A DNA stretch of 64,000 nucleotides from Candidatus Chisholmbacteria bacterium RIFCSPHIGHO2_01_FULL_52_32. Its GTDB lineage: Bacteria > Patescibacteriota > Microgenomatia > UBA1400 > Chisholmbacteraceae. Under the pieces are notes generated by a model, which was not told the DNA's origin, searched no databases, and worked only from the letters and a program-made list of their open reading frames with translations. Both the position numbers and the translations under genes were made by a program. Numbering within the stretch: the stretch's first letter is position 1; each line of letters begins with the position of its first letter. The stretch is taken from the NCBI GenBank assembly GCA_001816585.1, contig MHCJ01000003.1, positions 82,100 to 146,099 on the forward strand, written 5' to 3'. Shown piece by piece: positions 61,931 through 64,000 of this stretch.

Positions 61931-64000
61931 ATGGCTTCAGCAGAGTCAAGCTTGCCAAGACGAGTTGAGACAGAATCTTCGGTTATTCACGGGAAGCAGG
62001 GGGAGGACTTTGAGGGTCGTCGTGGAATGAATCCTGAACGTTCGGAGCCAGATCCAATTCCGGTTGTACGGATCATCCCCCTGACATTCAAATCCGTACA
62101 AAAGCTGCGCGATGAACTCGATTCCGGGCAGAAGATTGATGACATCGAGCTCACCCGGGTCGTCATGAGCGTAAAAAGTAGTAGTAGCACTACCAGTTAT
62201 GGAATGACGATGCCGCTCGGCGGGAAGATGGAGCCGGGAGAGACTTTCCTTGCGGCTGCGCGTCGGAGGATCCGGGGTGAATCGATGCTCTATCCGATGG
62301 GCGGGCACTGGTGGGAGGATCGCCCGCTGTTTCGGCCGATTGATGGCAGCTACACCTACTCCATTCTCGGACAGGAAAGAACTACCGAGAGTCCTCCAGA
62401 GCCTCGGTTTGTAACCATCCTGCCTTATCCGGTGCTGCCCCCCGAATATACGCGGCTTCACCTCAAACCCAATCCGAAAAAAGATAAGATCGCTTCCTTT
62501 GAGTCATTTACTCCAAGCGAATTGAACGTTCTCATCCGGCATGGGGAGGTTGATCGGCTCCGCGACGAAACAGGTCCCTTAGGCGAAGCGCTGACAACCT
62601 TTGACCTCGCCGGCCACTTCAGTGTTGCGGCAAAATATGATATCGAGATAGAACCCGCGGAAGCGCAAAAGAAGAACCGCGTACTTGAGAATCTCCTTGA
62701 GCGGGTTGATGATTTTGAATGGCAGACACGGTCGGCGGTGCTGTCCGAAATTCAGAGTGAGCGGGTACTTCGAAGTGAAGCTTCCGTTCCTTCCCTCACG
62801 AATTGTCGACCGGACGAGATTATCCGTGCCTTTGAACGCGTCCACATTTTTTGGCTCCTTAGGGACGAGAAATCCCGTGAAGCCTCGGGTGTCCGACGTC
62901 CTCCTCCCGGATTGGATCTCCTCAAGTTTGCCTGGTTTATGTCCGGAGAGGGGATTGAACCAAAAGATATGGTATCCCTCTTATTTGAAAGCCCCACTGA
63001 TCATATCCGAAAGACCGTGCGGTCTGTCGTCCTGTCTCTTCGTCGAGCGGTACTTACTGTTGAACAGAAGCGCTTGGAGGCCGAGCATGGTCCAGATCAA
63101 GCCAATAGTTTGATGAAAGCGGTGAAGCTCGATACCATGCTTGAGCTTGTCCGAAGCCGATTTGGGAAGATGGCCCCCCTTGGTCGGTTTGAATATCTGC
63201 GTGAACTCGATGCGATCTTTGTAAGGGAATTTGCCAAACATCTCGGTACTACGCCTGAGGCGATTTGGGAAGTCAAACCGAAGATTGATCGCTTCTTCTA
63301 CTCCATGGTTGATCAGAGTTTGCAGGCGAACCCGAAGTTTGCCCGGATGCACCAACCCAGCAAGCCGTTCAATGAGATTATGAACTCTGAAGTGGCGCGG
63401 TTGATCCTCATCTCCCTTGGCGTGAACCCCCTGTCTCCCAGTGATCGGATCACCGATGATCGACTGCGGCGGCAATTCACCTACGAAGCGACCAGACACT
63501 TGGGTTTTATCGTCCGAGGAGTTGAGTCCCATAAACGGTACATGGAACTTCTCCGGAATGGGAATGCTCCCATTGAGGCGATCATGGATAGCCTGTTTAC
63601 CCCGCCGGATCATGAGGAAGTGAGACATGCGGGAGACCGGACGTATACCGTGCTTCATAGACGAACGCGGTTCCGGGTTGACGGGGAAGAGCAGCACGTT
63701 TTCGTTGATGAGAAGCCGCCGAAGGATTTCGAGTCATTCCTCCGGAAGTCTCTGCTTGAACCGCTTGATGAGATCTACGATGTGTTCTCGCGGAACATCG
63801 TCCTTGTCGCGAATGAAGACATCGAACATGGGGAAGAGACGTCTCGAACCGCCGAGTCGTTTGCCGACCTCCTTAAGAAACGGATACGGGTCGCAAATAC
63901 TATCAAGAATTCCATCAAGCGCCACTTCGTCGATATCTGCACTGATTCTGGCTGGAGGATTGAATTTATTGGTGAGAAGGATTCGTTTGCCCAACTGGGT
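61931..64000 (+). CDS. Large hypothetical protein, 3'-truncated by window end (≥690 aa); degenerate Nudix-like box near N-terminus
   Basis: An uninterrupted reading frame from ATG 61931 to the last base of the window was checked codon by codon. It is absent from the ORF track only because no stop occurs. 'GGKMEPGETFLAAARRRIRGES' partially fits Gx5Ex7REUxEExGU. A TATAAT sits 5 nt upstream of the ATG. Confidence 0.6.
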   Translation, partial: MASAESSLPRRVETESSVIHGKQGEDFEGRRGMNPERSEPDPIPVVRIIPLTFKSVQKLRDELDSGQKIDDIELTRVVMSVKSSSSTTSYGMTMPLGGKMEPGETFLAAARRRIRGESMLYPMGGHWWEDRPLFRPIDGSYTYSILGQERTTESPPEPRFVTILPYPVLPPEYTRLHLKPNPKKDKIASFESFTPSELNVLIRHGEVDRLRDETGPLGEALTTFDLAGHFSVAAKYDIEIEPAEAQKKNRVLENLLERVDDFEWQTRSAVLSEIQSERVLRSEASVPSLTNCRPDEIIRAFERVHIFWLLRDEKSREASGVRRPPPGLDLLKFAWFMSGEGIEPKDMVSLLFESPTDHIRKTVRSVVLSLRRAVLTVEQKRLEAEHGPDQANSLMKAVKLDTMLELVRSRFGKMAPLGRFEYLRELDAIFVREFAKHLGTTPEAIWEVKPKIDRFFYSMVDQSLQANPKFARMHQPSKPFNEIMNSEVARLILISLGVNPLSPSDRITDDRLRRQFTYEATRHLGFIVRGVESHKRYMELLRNGNAPIEAIMDSLFTPPDHEEVRHAGDRTYTVLHRRTRFRVDGEEQHVFVDEKPPKDFESFLRKSLLEPLDEIYDVFSRNIVLVANEDIEHGEETSRTAESFADLLKKRIRVANTIKNSIKRHFVDICTDSGWRIEFIGEKDSFAQLG

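Noticed and set aside
62981-63697. 238-aa minus-strand ORF
   Set aside because: It lies antisense to an uninterrupted plus-strand frame of 2070 nt or more (61931 to end), which is far less likely by chance.

Overview
This 64 kb window looks like bacterial chromosome read in the standard genetic code (no long ORF needs a reassigned stop codon). Gene content and the repeat-laden intergenic regions are reminiscent of a small-genome, possibly CPR/Patescibacteria-like organism, but the taxonomy is only a guess.

About 60 protein genes are supportable, with one tRNA. Housekeeping genes are:
- rpoD divergent from truB
- nadD-nadE
- def-fmt
- mreB-(PAP2)-mreC-mreD-mrdA, then dprA and topA
- class II (B12-dependent) ribonucleotide reductase nrdJ, rpmB and tmk
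- three PlsC-like acyltransferases, an SPFH/band-7 protein, an M50 site-2 protease, a GDSL hydrolase, and two divergent GT-B glycosyltransferases

Accessory or unusual content, in sequence order:
- tRNA-Trp(CCA) at 5113..5184 is followed by an island-like stretch. It carries an AbiEii-type nucleotidyltransferase toxin, a low-GC small Cys-rich secreted-protein gene bracketed by perfect 30-bp direct repeats, and a non-coding segment with internal 18-nt repeats.
- A ~1.6 kb insertion sits in the 3' end of nrdJ. It carries its own promoter, a highly acidic LAATG-sorting-signal protein and a sortase. The last ~17 codons of nrdJ are duplicated at the far side of the insert.
- A cluster at 53.7-64 kb holds a thymidylate-synthase-family enzyme with large N- and C-terminal extensions, two kinase-fold proteins, two HAD phosphatases, Tmk and a >690-aa unknown protein. 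The same tandem palindromic box lies upstream of nrdJ and inside this cluster. I flag this as a candidate non-canonical pyrimidine-nucleotide or DNA-modification system.
- A minus-strand operon at 42.9-45.6 kb holds a glycoside-hydrolase-like protein and four small, mostly membrane proteins, each followed by the same REP-like hairpin. It may be a lysis-like module.

The genome segment is saturated with short repeat families: AAAGTTAAAAGT-type AT palindromes, telomere-like CCCTAAA/TTTAGGG units, TAGC-type cryptic tandem arrays, ATTCATGATTC units, and a ~200-bp hairpin element in three copies. Several of these repeats sit in-frame inside essential genes (fmt, def, topA, nadD, nrdJ and the O-antigen-ligase-like gene), an RPE-like behaviour.
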